Of a stretch of 64,000 bases of DNA, positions 1 to 9,378 are shown in pieces. Source of the DNA: Candidatus Latescibacterota bacterium (GTDB lineage Bacteria; Latescibacterota; UBA2968; UBA8231); NCBI GenBank assembly GCA_965248355.1, contig OZ252098.1, positions 2,560,001 to 2,624,000 of the forward strand. The letters are read 5' to 3'. Made by a program: the position numbers and the translations under genes. Numbering within the stretch: position 1 is the first letter of the stretch; each line of letters opens with the position of its first letter. The notes beneath the pieces are model-generated. The model did not search any database, had not been told where the DNA came from, and worked only from the letters and a program-made list of their open reading frames with translations.

Positions 1-194
1 GGAGCGGCGCATTGAAGTCTTCGAGCTGGCCCGCTGGAGTCCGTGGGAAGGCACGGAACCGCGGCGTCGATACGCCGCCGCCTCGTGCCCTTCGAGGGCC
101 GGCCTTGCCTTCTATATGTAAGGCGCCCCGTCCTTGCCCGCCCGTCTCGCCCCTCCTACCTTCGCCCTTCCACCCCAACGCCTTCCGGCCGGTG

Positions 195-1358
195 ATGGCC
201 CTTCCGAACAGTTTCGAATTCCGCTCTCCGACCCGCGTCGTCCACGGGGCCGGCTCGGTCGCCCGCGTGCCCGAGCTTCTTCCCGAGGGGCAGAAGGTCC
301 TCGTCGTCTCCGACCGGGGTCTGGAGCAGGCCGGCGTGGTCGAGCGCGTCACCTCCACCCTCGACGGCGCCGGCGTCGCCTGGGCCCTGTTCACCGACGT
401 CACCGCCAATCCCGTGGCCCGCAACGTCTCCTCCGGTGCCCGTCTCTACGAGCGCGAGGGCTGCGGGGCCCTCCTCGGCGTCGGCGGCGGCTCTCCCATG
501 GACGTGGCCAAGATGATCGGCGTCGTCGTGCGCCACGGCGGCCGCATCGGCAGCTACCTCGGCTACCAGGACAAGGTCACCCTGGACCTGCCGCCCCTGG
601 TCTGCGCGGCCACCACCTACGGCACCGGCAGCGAGGTGACTCCCTTCGCCGTGCTCACCCACCCGCGCACGCGCAACAAGGAGCCCGTCATCAGCTGGCG
701 CATCGCGCCGCAGGCCGCCGTCCTCGACCCCGAGCTGGCCGTGGCCCTGCCGGCCTCGGTGGGCGGCCCCACGGGAATGGACGCCCTGACCCACGCCCTC
801 GAGTCCTATACCAACCTGATGTCCACGCCCTTCACGGAGGGCCTCGCCCTGGGCGCCATCGAGCTGATCGGCGGCAACCTGCGACGGGCCTGCGCCAACG
901 ACCACGAGCTGGAGGCCACCGGCCACATGCTGATCGCCAGCTGCCTGGCGGGCCTGGCCTTCTCCCAGACGCGCCTCGGCAACGTGCACGCCATGTCCCA
1001 TCCCGTGGGCGCCCGGCACGGAGTTCACCACGGCCTGGCCAATGCCGTGATCCTGCCCCACGTGATGGAGTACAACCTGCAGGCCCGGATCCCCGAGTTC
1101 GCCGCCGTCGCCGCCGCCCTCGGCGAGGATACCGACGGCCACGGCGACTACGAAGCCGCCTGCCTGGCGGTGGAGGCGGTGCGCCGGCTCAACGAGGACC
1201 TCGGCATCCCCGAGCACCTGTGCGACGCCGGCGTCGAGGATCCGGACATCGAGGGCCTGGCGACGGCCGCCATGCGCAGCGGCAACGTCCAGGTGAACCC
1301 GCGCAAGACGACCTTGCCCGAGATGGAAGACCTTTTCCGAAAGGCCTGCGGACCGTGA
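195..1358 (+). CDS. Iron-containing (type III) alcohol dehydrogenase
   Basis: GGGSPMD, TTYGTGSEVT, DALTHALE and HAMSH..HHG metal-binding motifs; ATG at 195 chosen from family N-terminus. Confidence 0.92.
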   Translation: MALPNSFEFRSPTRVVHGAGSVARVPELLPEGQKVLVVSDRGLEQAGVVERVTSTLDGAGVAWALFTDVTANPVARNVSSGARLYEREGCGALLGVGGGSPMDVAKMIGVVVRHGGRIGSYLGYQDKVTLDLPPLVCAATTYGTGSEVTPFAVLTHPRTRNKEPVISWRIAPQAAVLDPELAVALPASVGGPTGMDALTHALESYTNLMSTPFTEGLALGAIELIGGNLRRACANDHELEATGHMLIASCLAGLAFSQTRLGNVHAMSHPVGARHGVHHGLANAVILPHVMEYNLQARIPEFAAVAAALGEDTDGHGDYEAACLAVEAVRRLNEDLGIPEHLCDAGVEDPDIEGLATAAMRSGNVQVNPRKTTLPEMEDLFRKACGP

Positions 1359-1371
1359 ACAAGGAGGAACC

Positions 1372-2628
1372 ATGCCATTCCCCAGGATGATGAAGGTGCG
1401 CCAGCACTTCGAGGCGCCGGAGATCGAGGACATCCCCGGCACCGTGAAGGAGCGCATCGAAGCGCTGAACCTGTCCCGCAAGGTCGCCAGGGGCGACTCG
1501 GTGGCCGTCACCGTGGGCAGCCGCGGCATCAACAACATCGCCGTCATCACCCGGGCGGCGGTGGAGGCCCTGAAGGACCTCGGCGCCGAGCCCTTCATCG
1601 TGCCGGCCATGGGCAGCCACGGCGGCGGCACGGCCGAGGGCCAGCGCGAGATCGTCGAGAGCTACGGGGTGACGGAGGAGTTCGTGGGCTGCCCGATCCG
1701 CTCGACCATGGAGGTCGTCCAGCTCGGCACCGTCGAGGGCGAGGTGCCCGTCTACTTCGACAAGTTCGCCAGCGAGGCCGACCACGTGGTCGTCGCCGGC
1801 CGCGTCAAGCCCCACACCGGGTTCGTGGGCGAGATCGAGTCGGGGCTGCACAAGATGATGCTCATCGGCCTGGGCAAGCACCGGGGCGCCGCCGTCTACC
1901 ACCAGGCGATCGTCCAGTACTCCTTCGACCGCATCATCCGCGCCGTGGGCCAGCAGGTGATCGACAAGGGCCGGGTCCTCTTCGGGCTGGCCATGGTCGA
2001 GAACCAGTACGACCAGACGGCCGAGATCGACGCCGTGCCCCCCGAGCGCTTCGTCGAGCGCGAGAAGGAGCTGCTCCTGCTGGCCAGGCAGTGGATGCCG
2101 CGCCTGCCCTTCGACCAGATCGACCTGCTGGTGGTCGACCGGATGGGCAAGAACATCTCCGGCTCCGGCATGGACACCAACGTCGTGGGCCGCAAGTACT
2201 ACGACCATTGCGCCGCGGCCAAGGAGTTCCCCAAGGTGACGCGCATCTTCGTCCGCGGCCTGACCCCGGAGACCCACGGCAACGCCGCCGGCATCGGCAT
2301 GGCCGAGTACTGCCACCAGCGTCTCGTGGACGCCATGGACGTGAACGCCACGGTCATCAACTGCATGACGGGGAACGCGCCCTCCGGCGCCGCCGTGCCC
2401 GTGCACTTCCCCACCGACCGCGAGTGCCTGGAGCAGGCCCTGTCCACGGTGGGATTCGTGGAGCCTGAGAAGGCCCGCGTCCTGCGGGTCCGCGACACCC
2501 TGCACCTGGGCGAGCTGCTGGTCTCCGAGGCCTGCGCCAGGGAGGTGGCGGCGCGCGCCGACCTGTCCGTGCTGGAAGGACCCGCGGACATGACCTTTGA
2601 CGAGAGGGACGATCTACTGGAATGGTGA
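1372..2628 (+). CDS. Lactate racemase (LarA) superfamily / DUF362-DUF2088-like protein
   Basis: VAVTVGSRGI, VPAMGSHGG, RVKPHT, GLGKH, GKNISGSGMD motifs; AAGGAGG RBS. Confidence 0.75.
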   Translation: MPFPRMMKVRQHFEAPEIEDIPGTVKERIEALNLSRKVARGDSVAVTVGSRGINNIAVITRAAVEALKDLGAEPFIVPAMGSHGGGTAEGQREIVESYGVTEEFVGCPIRSTMEVVQLGTVEGEVPVYFDKFASEADHVVVAGRVKPHTGFVGEIESGLHKMMLIGLGKHRGAAVYHQAIVQYSFDRIIRAVGQQVIDKGRVLFGLAMVENQYDQTAEIDAVPPERFVEREKELLLLARQWMPRLPFDQIDLLVVDRMGKNISGSGMDTNVVGRKYYDHCAAAKEFPKVTRIFVRGLTPETHGNAAGIGMAEYCHQRLVDAMDVNATVINCMTGNAPSGAAVPVHFPTDRECLEQALSTVGFVEPEKARVLRVRDTLHLGELLVSEACAREVAARADLSVLEGPADMTFDERDDLLEW

Positions 2629-3767
2629 GCCCCGGCGAGTACATCGGCATGCCCGTCGTCGAGATCGACACCCCCGCCCTGCTGGTCGATCTCGACGACC
2701 TGGAGTTCAACATCAGGAAGCTCGCCGGCCACTTCGAGGCCGCGGGCAAGCATCTGCGGCCGCACACGAAGTCGCACAAGACCCCGGCCATCGCCCACAT
2801 GCAACTTCAGGCCGGCGCCATCGGCGTCACCTGCGCCAAGGTCGGCGAGGCCGAGGTCATGGCCGAGGCCGGCATCGACGACGTGCTGGTGGCCAACGAG
2901 GTCGTGGGCCGCCGCAAGGTCGAGCGCCTCATGACTCTGGCCCGCCGCTGCGACATCATGGCCGCCGTCGACCACCCCGACAACCTGGCCGACCTCGACG
3001 AGGCCGCCGGCGCCGCCGGGGTCTCGCCGCGAGTCCTGGTGGAGGTCAACATCGGCCACAACCGCTGCGGCGTGCTGTCCAGCTCCGACGAGGCCCTGGA
3101 GCTGTGCCGCGCCGCCCACCGCGCCGAGCACCTGCGCTTCGCCGGCCTCATGGGATACCAGGGTCACATCGTCGCCCTGGAGGACGCCGAGGAGCGCGAG
3201 ACCGGCGCCCGCGAGTGCCTGCAGCGGCTCTCCGACTGCGCCGGCCGGGCGCGGGCCGACGGCCTGTCGCTGGAGATCGTGAGCACCTCGGCCACCGGCG
3301 ACTATTACGTGAGCACCACCTACGACGCCGTCACCGAGGTGCAGGCCGGCTCCTACGCGCTCATGGACGCCGCCTACGGCCGCCTCGGCCTCGGGTTCCG
3401 CAACGCCCTGACCGTGCTCACCACGGTCACCAGCCGGCCCACCCCCGAGCAGGTGATCACCGACGCCGGCCTGAAGGCGGTGACCCCCGAGCACGGCCTC
3501 CCCCTCGTCAAGCTGCCCTCGCGCGATGGCGTGGAGGTCGGCTGGGACCCCCAGGGGCTGCGCCACCTGGAGTGCGAGTCCCTGTCGGAGGAACACGGCC
3601 GCCTGCGCGCCAAGGGAGGGCCCTGCCAGTTGGAGTCCGGCGACGTGATCGAGTTCATCCCCGGCCACGGCTGCACCACCGTGAACCTCTACGACGACCT
3701 CTACGCCGTGCGCGGCGGCCGGCTCGAGGCCGTGTGGCCCGTCGCCGCCCGCGGAAAGGTGCGCTGA
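2622..3767 (+). CDS. DSD1 / D-threonine aldolase-like PLP enzyme (alanine racemase fold)
   Basis: DTPALLVD, LRPHTKSHK (PLP lysine), GYQGH, SEEHG, PGHGC motifs. Confidence 0.88.
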   Translation: MVSPGEYIGMPVVEIDTPALLVDLDDLEFNIRKLAGHFEAAGKHLRPHTKSHKTPAIAHMQLQAGAIGVTCAKVGEAEVMAEAGIDDVLVANEVVGRRKVERLMTLARRCDIMAAVDHPDNLADLDEAAGAAGVSPRVLVEVNIGHNRCGVLSSSDEALELCRAAHRAEHLRFAGLMGYQGHIVALEDAEERETGARECLQRLSDCAGRARADGLSLEIVSTSATGDYYVSTTYDAVTEVQAGSYALMDAAYGRLGLGFRNALTVLTTVTSRPTPEQVITDAGLKAVTPEHGLPLVKLPSRDGVEVGWDPQGLRHLECESLSEEHGRLRAKGGPCQLESGDVIEFIPGHGCTTVNLYDDLYAVRGGRLEAVWPVAARGKVR

Positions 3768-3769
3768 CC

Positions 3770-4888
3770 ATGGCCGCCGTGAAGGCCGCCGTCATGACCG
3801 GCCCCGGGGCGATGGAGATGCGCGAGTTCCCGCGGCCGGCCATCGGCGCCGACGAGATCCTGCTGAAGGTGGAGCGCACCGGCATCTGCGGCTCCGACAA
3901 GCACATGTACGCCGGCCACATGCCGCTGCAGTTCCCCGTCGTCCCCGGCCACGAGCTGGTGGGCGTCATCGAGGAGCTGGGGCCCCGGGCGGCCGACGAG
4001 ATGGCCGTCATCGGCGGCCCCGTCGCCGAGGGCGACCTCGTCACCACCACCCCCAGCTCCCAGGCCTGCGGCCGCTGCTGGTACTGCCTGCACCAGCCCC
4101 AGCGCCCGGCCCTGTGCGCCAACCGCTACGTCCACGGCTTCGTCTCCAGCGACGTGGCCCCGGCGCCGCGGGGCGGCTTCGCCGAGTACATGCACCTGAC
4201 CCGGCGCTCGTGGATCTTCAGGATCCCCGAGGGCCTCTCCGCCGAGATGGCCGTGCTCACCGAGCCCGCCGCCGTGGCCACCCGCGCCGTGGAGCGCGCC
4301 CTGGCGCCGGGGATCCCCCATATCTCCGAAGGTCTGGGCATGGACAAGTCGGTCATCGTCCTCGGCGCCGGCCCCATCGGCCAGCTCGTCATCGCCGCCC
4401 TCGCCCACGTCGGCACCGACTGCATCATCGCCTCCGACCTGAGCCCGTCGCGGCTGACCCTGGCCGAGGCCATGGGCGCCCACCACACGATCGCCGCCGA
4501 CGCCTCCCTCGACGAGCGCCTGGAGCAGGTGAAGGAACTCACCCACGGCGTCGGTCCCGACGTGGTCATCGAGACCGCTGGCGTGCCCGTGGTCTTCAAG
4601 GAGTCCCTCGACTTCGTGCGCCGCGGCGGCATCGTCGTCGAGGTGGGCCACTTCACCGACCCCGGCGGCGTCGAGATCCGCCCGAACCTGGTCTGCTTCA
4701 AGGACCTCGACATCCGCGGCATGTGGGCCTACCCGGCCATGCAGTTCAAGACCGCCCTCTCCTTCCTCAGGAGCACCGGCGCGCCCCTGGACCGCTTCAT
4801 CACCCACACCCTGGGCCTGGACGAGACCGAGAAGGGCATCGAGGTGACGGGCAGCGAGGGCTCGATGAAGGTGGTGGTGGTTCCGTAG
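3770..4888 (+). CDS. Zinc-dependent medium-chain alcohol/polyol dehydrogenase
   Basis: GICGSD, GHE, CGRCWYC...C structural Zn site, GAGPIG Rossmann motif. Confidence 0.92.
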   Translation: MAAVKAAVMTGPGAMEMREFPRPAIGADEILLKVERTGICGSDKHMYAGHMPLQFPVVPGHELVGVIEELGPRAADEMAVIGGPVAEGDLVTTTPSSQACGRCWYCLHQPQRPALCANRYVHGFVSSDVAPAPRGGFAEYMHLTRRSWIFRIPEGLSAEMAVLTEPAAVATRAVERALAPGIPHISEGLGMDKSVIVLGAGPIGQLVIAALAHVGTDCIIASDLSPSRLTLAEAMGAHHTIAADASLDERLEQVKELTHGVGPDVVIETAGVPVVFKESLDFVRRGGIVVEVGHFTDPGGVEIRPNLVCFKDLDIRGMWAYPAMQFKTALSFLRSTGAPLDRFITHTLGLDETEKGIEVTGSEGSMKVVVVP

Positions 4889-4950
4889 TTCGGCAGGCCC
4901 CCGCATGACTTCCTGTAACTGACTGTCTGACAATAGGTCCCATCGAGTCC

Positions 4951-4970
4951 ATGAAGGTGGTGGTGGTTCC
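4951..4970 (+). repeat. Exact 20-bp copy of the Zn-dehydrogenase 3' end (4865-4884)
   Basis: ATGAAGGTGGTGGTGGTTCC occurs at both positions. Confidence 0.9.
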
Positions 4971-5291
4971 ACCTTGGTTCTGTCTCACGGGAGTCACCGG
5001 CCCTTAGCATCTCAACAATGGAGTATTCGTAGGGCTCCTTCCGCAGGAACCCCGTCAACGGGGATTTGGAGGGGTCTCAGCGTGATTCGGCGGCTCCGGA
5101 GCCTCTCTCCGCCCTCAGCGCTGCAGAGTACTTCTTGCGCCTTGCTGGGAAGCCAGGGCTCGGGAGTCGGGCGAGGTCGAGATCGTGGCGCACGACCACC
5201 GCCGCGACCCGAGGTATTTTCTTCCATGCCGGGCCGCACCAAGGGGAGCGGAGCAGAAAACGGGAAATGCAGAGCGGGAAAGGAGTCTCTC

Positions 5292-5975
5292 ATGACCATC
5301 GAATGGATCACCCCAGCCCTGGTCGTCGCCGTCGGGGTCGCCCTCTGGCGGTTGATCCACGCCGAGATCCGCGATCTACGAGGCCGAGATGCGGACCGAG
5401 ATTCGCAGCCTCAACAGCCGCCTCGACCGACACTTGAAAGGGCATGCGTAGCTGCCCTTCTCATCTGCGCCTCTGCTGCCAGCGCCCAGTATCCAACCCT
5501 CGACTATGCGAAGCTCAGCGGGATCGGCAACCGGATCTCCGAGGCAGCCCCGCCGACCGGGAACCCCCGAGGTTTCATCCAGAACGCCGAGGGCGGCCGG
5601 TGTCAGTACGTCCAAGTGGCGACGGCCGAGACCCAGCCGTCGCACTTTTTCCCGCAGGCGCTCGTCGGCTCCGATACCGTCCTGGCCTTCGACGACCCGA
5701 GCTGCATGGCTGCGGCGGACTCCGTCTTCCTGGAGATCAACCAGCGCCAGATCAACCGGGTGCTCGCCCGGTGGTACTCGCTCCCGGATGCCGACTTCGA
5801 GGTCGAGCCGGCCAAGATGGCGAAGCGGTGCGAGTTTCAGACGCAGGGCGGCTGCCTGCAGTCCCGGAAGTACCCGACGAAGTCGATCCTCGTCGAGTAC
5901 TTCCGCAAGAGCGACGGGATCGCCACCGTGGTTCACACCGAAGGCATCGGGGGATGCAAGGAGAGGGGAGAATGA
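5292..5975 (+). CDS. Hypothetical membrane-anchored/secreted Cys-containing protein, possibly two fused remnants
   Basis: GGAAAGGAG RBS before ATG 5292; N-terminal hydrophobic segment and a second signal-like segment (ACVAALLICASAASA). Confidence 0.5.
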   Translation: MTIEWITPALVVAVGVALWRLIHAEIRDLRGRDADRDSQPQQPPRPTLERACVAALLICASAASAQYPTLDYAKLSGIGNRISEAAPPTGNPRGFIQNAEGGRCQYVQVATAETQPSHFFPQALVGSDTVLAFDDPSCMAAADSVFLEINQRQINRVLARWYSLPDADFEVEPAKMAKRCEFQTQGGCLQSRKYPTKSILVEYFRKSDGIATVVHTEGIGGCKERGE

Positions 5976-6208
5976 CAGAAGAGATCAAAGCGGGCGACGT
6001 CGTTGAGCTGCGTAGCGGTGGCCCGCCTATGTCGGTCGAGCTTGTCGAGAGTGGGATCGCCCACTGCGCCTGGATCGACCCGAAGGGCAATGCGAAGCAT
6101 GTGGAGTTTAACGTTGCTGCTCTCAAGGCGGTAGATCCCGAGGCGCGCACGGGAATCGAGTCAGACGATGACGGCTATGAGAGTCCTTTCCGAATGGGAG
6201 GAGACTGA
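5972..6208 (+). CDS. YodC / DUF2158 family small protein
   Basis: KAGDVVELRSGGPPMSV...CAW signature; ATGA overlap with upstream stop. Confidence 0.85.
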   Translation: MTEEIKAGDVVELRSGGPPMSVELVESGIAHCAWIDPKGNAKHVEFNVAALKAVDPEARTGIESDDDGYESPFRMGGD

Positions 6209-6213
6209 TGCCA

Positions 6214-6365
6214 ATGTGGACCTCACGGGGATGCAGTCCAGGACGGCCCTCTCCTTTCTCAGGAGCACCCGCGCTGCCCCTGGACCGCTTCATCACCCAC
6301 ACTGGGCCTGGAGGAGACCGAGAAGGGCATCGAGGTGACGGGGGAAGGTGGTGGTGGTGCCATAG
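6214..6365 (+). repeat. Degenerate copy of the last ~168 bp of the Zn-dehydrogenase gene (4721-4888)
   Basis: Shared blocks CCCCTGGACCGCTTCATCACCCACAC and GAGACCGAGAAGGGCATCGAGGTGACGGG, with indels. Confidence 0.9.
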
Positions 6366-6376
6366 TCTTTGCCTGC

Positions 6377-7802
6377 GGGCAAGTCCCATTTTCAGTTGAA
6401 ACGTAGCCCAGGCTCGAGTGGATGAGTCAGCCCGTCATCGCGAGCTGTTTGAGGCCGAGTTCGGCTTGGAGCGCTTGTCGGAGCATCGGCAGGTGGTGGT
6501 AACCGTTGATCCGGCGCAGGCGAGGTTCGATGTCGAGCAACGCCGTGGCGACCCAGCGGTGACGCTGCGACGAGTTCGTCCAGCGCCGCACGTTGTGCGT
6601 CAACTGCTCCAGGAGACTGTTGACGTTCTCGATACAGTTGGTGGTACGGAAGGAGGCCTTCAGCATCGGCATCAGGCCCAGGCGGTGGAGCGTGAGGGTT
6701 TCTTGCTGGCCTTCCTCCAAGCTGCGCAGGGCCGACTGGTTCATCAACTGCAACCCCGGTTTCAGCGCCTCCAGGGCGGCTTGGGCCTCCTCGTACGTCG
6801 AGTGCCCATACGCCGCTTCCAGCTTTCGACGAACGCCGCCCTGCTCGCTCTTGGGCAGGTACGAGACCACGTTCTGGCGCTTGTGATACTGGCATCGCTG
6901 CACGCAGGCATGGCCCTGGAGCACCGACCGCACTGCCTTGTACAGGCCCTTGCCTCCATCGATCACCACGAGCAGCCCGGCCTCGTATTGCAGGCCCCGC
7001 TCGACCAACTCCGCCAGGAAGCGACGACAGACGCGCTCGTTCTCGGTCGCCGCCTGCACGAAACCCAGAGGGATCTTGTGTCCTTCCACAGTGACGCCCA
7101 GGGCGATGAGGATTTCCTCGTCGGCAAAGCTCTTGCCGTCCAGAAACAGCGCCACCAGGTCGTAGCCTTCCAGGGATCGCTGCTGGAATTCGGCCAGCTT
7201 GCGCGCCGTGCCTTTCACATACCGGCGAGAGACCGAGGAACGGGACAGACCGAAGGCTTGCGGGACGGTCTCGGCGCAGGCCTCGTAGTTGCGCGTGGCC
7301 AGGCCCTTCAGCACCCGCAACAACAGCCCCTGATCCATCTGCCTCGGCGTCTGCAGGGCCTGGTAGGCCTCCAGCGGGACCTCGGTGCCGCGGACCACAT
7401 CGCGCACGCGCGGCACCTCGACCGGCAGTTTCTGATCGCCCAGGTACACCGACCCGGCCTGCGCCCCCCAGCGGCGCAACGCCTGATCCGGCCCCTTGCG
7501 CTGATACCGAGGTCCGGCCAGGGCCTCCACGCCCCGTCGCAGCTCCTCCCCAACCGCCTGCAGCCCCAGGGGGATCAGCAGCTGGATGATCTCGATGCGA
7601 GTCTCCAGATCGTCCATCGACGCGGTGGCTTGGCGGTTCACGGGGCCGATGGTCACGGTCCGTTTGACGCCCCTTTTCCGTGCTTGTAGCTTGCTCATGG
7701 CAGGCTCCTTGGGTTACCGAATACGAGGCTTCTTGGCGATTTCTCGTATCAAACGTAACGATGGGAGCCTGTGTTATTTCAACTAAGATCGGGACAATGC
7801 CC
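6377..7802 (-). mobile_element. IS256-family insertion sequence (element 1)
   Basis: Imperfect terminal IRs GGGCAAGTCCCATTTTCAGTTGAAA / TTTCAACTAAGATCGGGACAATGCCC; no target duplication seen. Confidence 0.85.
6427..7698 (-). CDS. IS256-family DDE transposase
   Basis: LFLDG, VIDGGKG, QRCQYHK, RTTNCIE motifs. Confidence 0.93.
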   Translation of the reverse strand: MSKLQARKRGVKRTVTIGPVNRQATASMDDLETRIEIIQLLIPLGLQAVGEELRRGVEALAGPRYQRKGPDQALRRWGAQAGSVYLGDQKLPVEVPRVRDVVRGTEVPLEAYQALQTPRQMDQGLLLRVLKGLATRNYEACAETVPQAFGLSRSSVSRRYVKGTARKLAEFQQRSLEGYDLVALFLDGKSFADEEILIALGVTVEGHKIPLGFVQAATENERVCRRFLAELVERGLQYEAGLLVVIDGGKGLYKAVRSVLQGHACVQRCQYHKRQNVVSYLPKSEQGGVRRKLEAAYGHSTYEEAQAALEALKPGLQLMNQSALRSLEEGQQETLTLHRLGLMPMLKASFRTTNCIENVNSLLEQLTHNVRRWTNSSQRHRWVATALLDIEPRLRRINGYHHLPMLRQALQAELGLKQLAMTG

Positions 7803-8254
7803 CGTGGCGCGATTAACATAGCGTGTATTTCGGAAGGCCATATGGCGCACGCCTTTCTGGTATTGCACCTCGATGGAATCGAAGGTTCCTGTAGGATGCC
7901 AGGATTCATTGCTCGCTATCTCTCGGCCCTTCGGCATCCAGTAGCCGACGCGAGGCTCGATGAAGATGTACGCCGGGGTGGTCCGCCTCCTGTGCTACCC
8001 CACTGGTGGGGCAATCAGAAATACCTGCGGCGAATCAGCTCGTTTATTGTTCGCTGCAGGTCTGCCAAGAAATTCTCATCAATCGTGTCCGTCCACCAAT
8101 GCGCGATGTCATTCCTGTATTCAGTTAGCTCCAGTAGGGTCTTCTTGCCTGCCACGACTTTGTTGTCGTACCTAATGCTCTTCCCCTGGTACCCCAGATA
8201 CTTCCGTCCCGCCTCTACTAACGATTGCCACAACTGCAAATACTGGAGTCTCTG

Positions 8255-9108
8255 GAACCTATCTCAAAATCACTACACATAACCTTGAGTTCTGATTGCT
8301 GATGATGTACCATTACTGTATGGTTACTCTGACCGACCAGCAATGGGAACGGATCCGTCATCACTTTCCTGAGGAGCATCGCCCCGGGAGCCATCCGGGT
8401 CGTAAACCGATTGCCACCCGTGACGTTCTTGAAGCTGTGCTTTGGATTCTCAATACCGGGGCTCAATGGCATATGTTGCCGCAGTGCTATCCGAACTACA
8501 AAACCGTGCATCGCCGTTTTCAAAATTGGTGTCGTCAAGGGGTGTTACGCGAAGTTCTCGTGGACCTGGCCCAGACTCTTCACGAGCAAGGGGACTTGGA
8601 CGAATCGGAAGCTTTCATTGATGGCATGTTCTCGGCGGCCAAGGGTGGAGGTGCCGATATCGGCCACACCAAGCGAGGCAAGGGCGTACGAGTCATGGGG
8701 ATCGTGGACCGCCATGGGCTTCCCTTGTCGGTGAGCACGCATGCAGCGAACCATCATGAAGTGACGCTGGTTCAGTTGACGTTTGACTTCTACCTGATCG
8801 AAGACAAACCCAAGAACTTGATTGGAGACAAAGCCTACGACAGCGACCCGTTAGATGAGGAGCTGAAGAAAGAAGGGGTCGAGATGATCGCTCCCCATCG
8901 CCAGAACCGAACCAAGAAAAAGACTCAGGACGGACGCCGATTGCGTCGCTATGTGCGGCGTTGGATGGTGGAGAGATTCTTCGCTTGGCTTCAATGGCAG
9001 CGTCGAGTGATCACTCGCTGGGAATTGTATCCGGAGAATTTTCTTGGCTTCGTCCAACTTGCCTCCATCCTGATTTTACTTAAGCAATTTCAATTTTGAG
9101 ATAGGTTC
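8255..9108 (+). mobile_element. IS5-family insertion sequence
   Basis: Perfect 16-bp IRs GAACCTATCTCAAAAT (8255-8270 / 9093-9108); 2-bp TG duplication. Confidence 0.92.
8320..9099 (+). CDS. IS5-family transposase
   Basis: LTDQQW, GAQWHMLP..Y..YKTVHRRF, GDKAYD, RWMVERFFAW motifs. Confidence 0.92.
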   Translation: MVTLTDQQWERIRHHFPEEHRPGSHPGRKPIATRDVLEAVLWILNTGAQWHMLPQCYPNYKTVHRRFQNWCRQGVLREVLVDLAQTLHEQGDLDESEAFIDGMFSAAKGGGADIGHTKRGKGVRVMGIVDRHGLPLSVSTHAANHHEVTLVQLTFDFYLIEDKPKNLIGDKAYDSDPLDEELKKEGVEMIAPHRQNRTKKKTQDGRRLRRYVRRWMVERFFAWLQWQRRVITRWELYPENFLGFVQLASILILLKQFQF

Positions 9109-9378
9109 TGGTAAGCATCGTCCTTGTACTCGTCTCTGTACATCGAATTGACTAGCAACGCCATGTGGGGAGCACCGATGTCCTGTTGCATAGCAGCAAT
9201 AGCCTTGTTTATCTCGGATGCCCTGCTTCTGTATGCTGCGGTATCCATCACCGTCGCTGTGCTTCCCCTCATCGACATAGTAGGTCGCAGCATCTCAACG
9301 AACCGGCCGTCGTCTGTCACAAGGCCATTCTGATCTATGTATTTGCGTATCGGGTCTGACGTCTGCTGACCGGCACGG

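Noticed and set aside
4721..6365. Diversity-generating retroelement TR/VR pair
   Set aside because: Differences include indels and non-adenine changes, and there is no reverse transcriptase in the window
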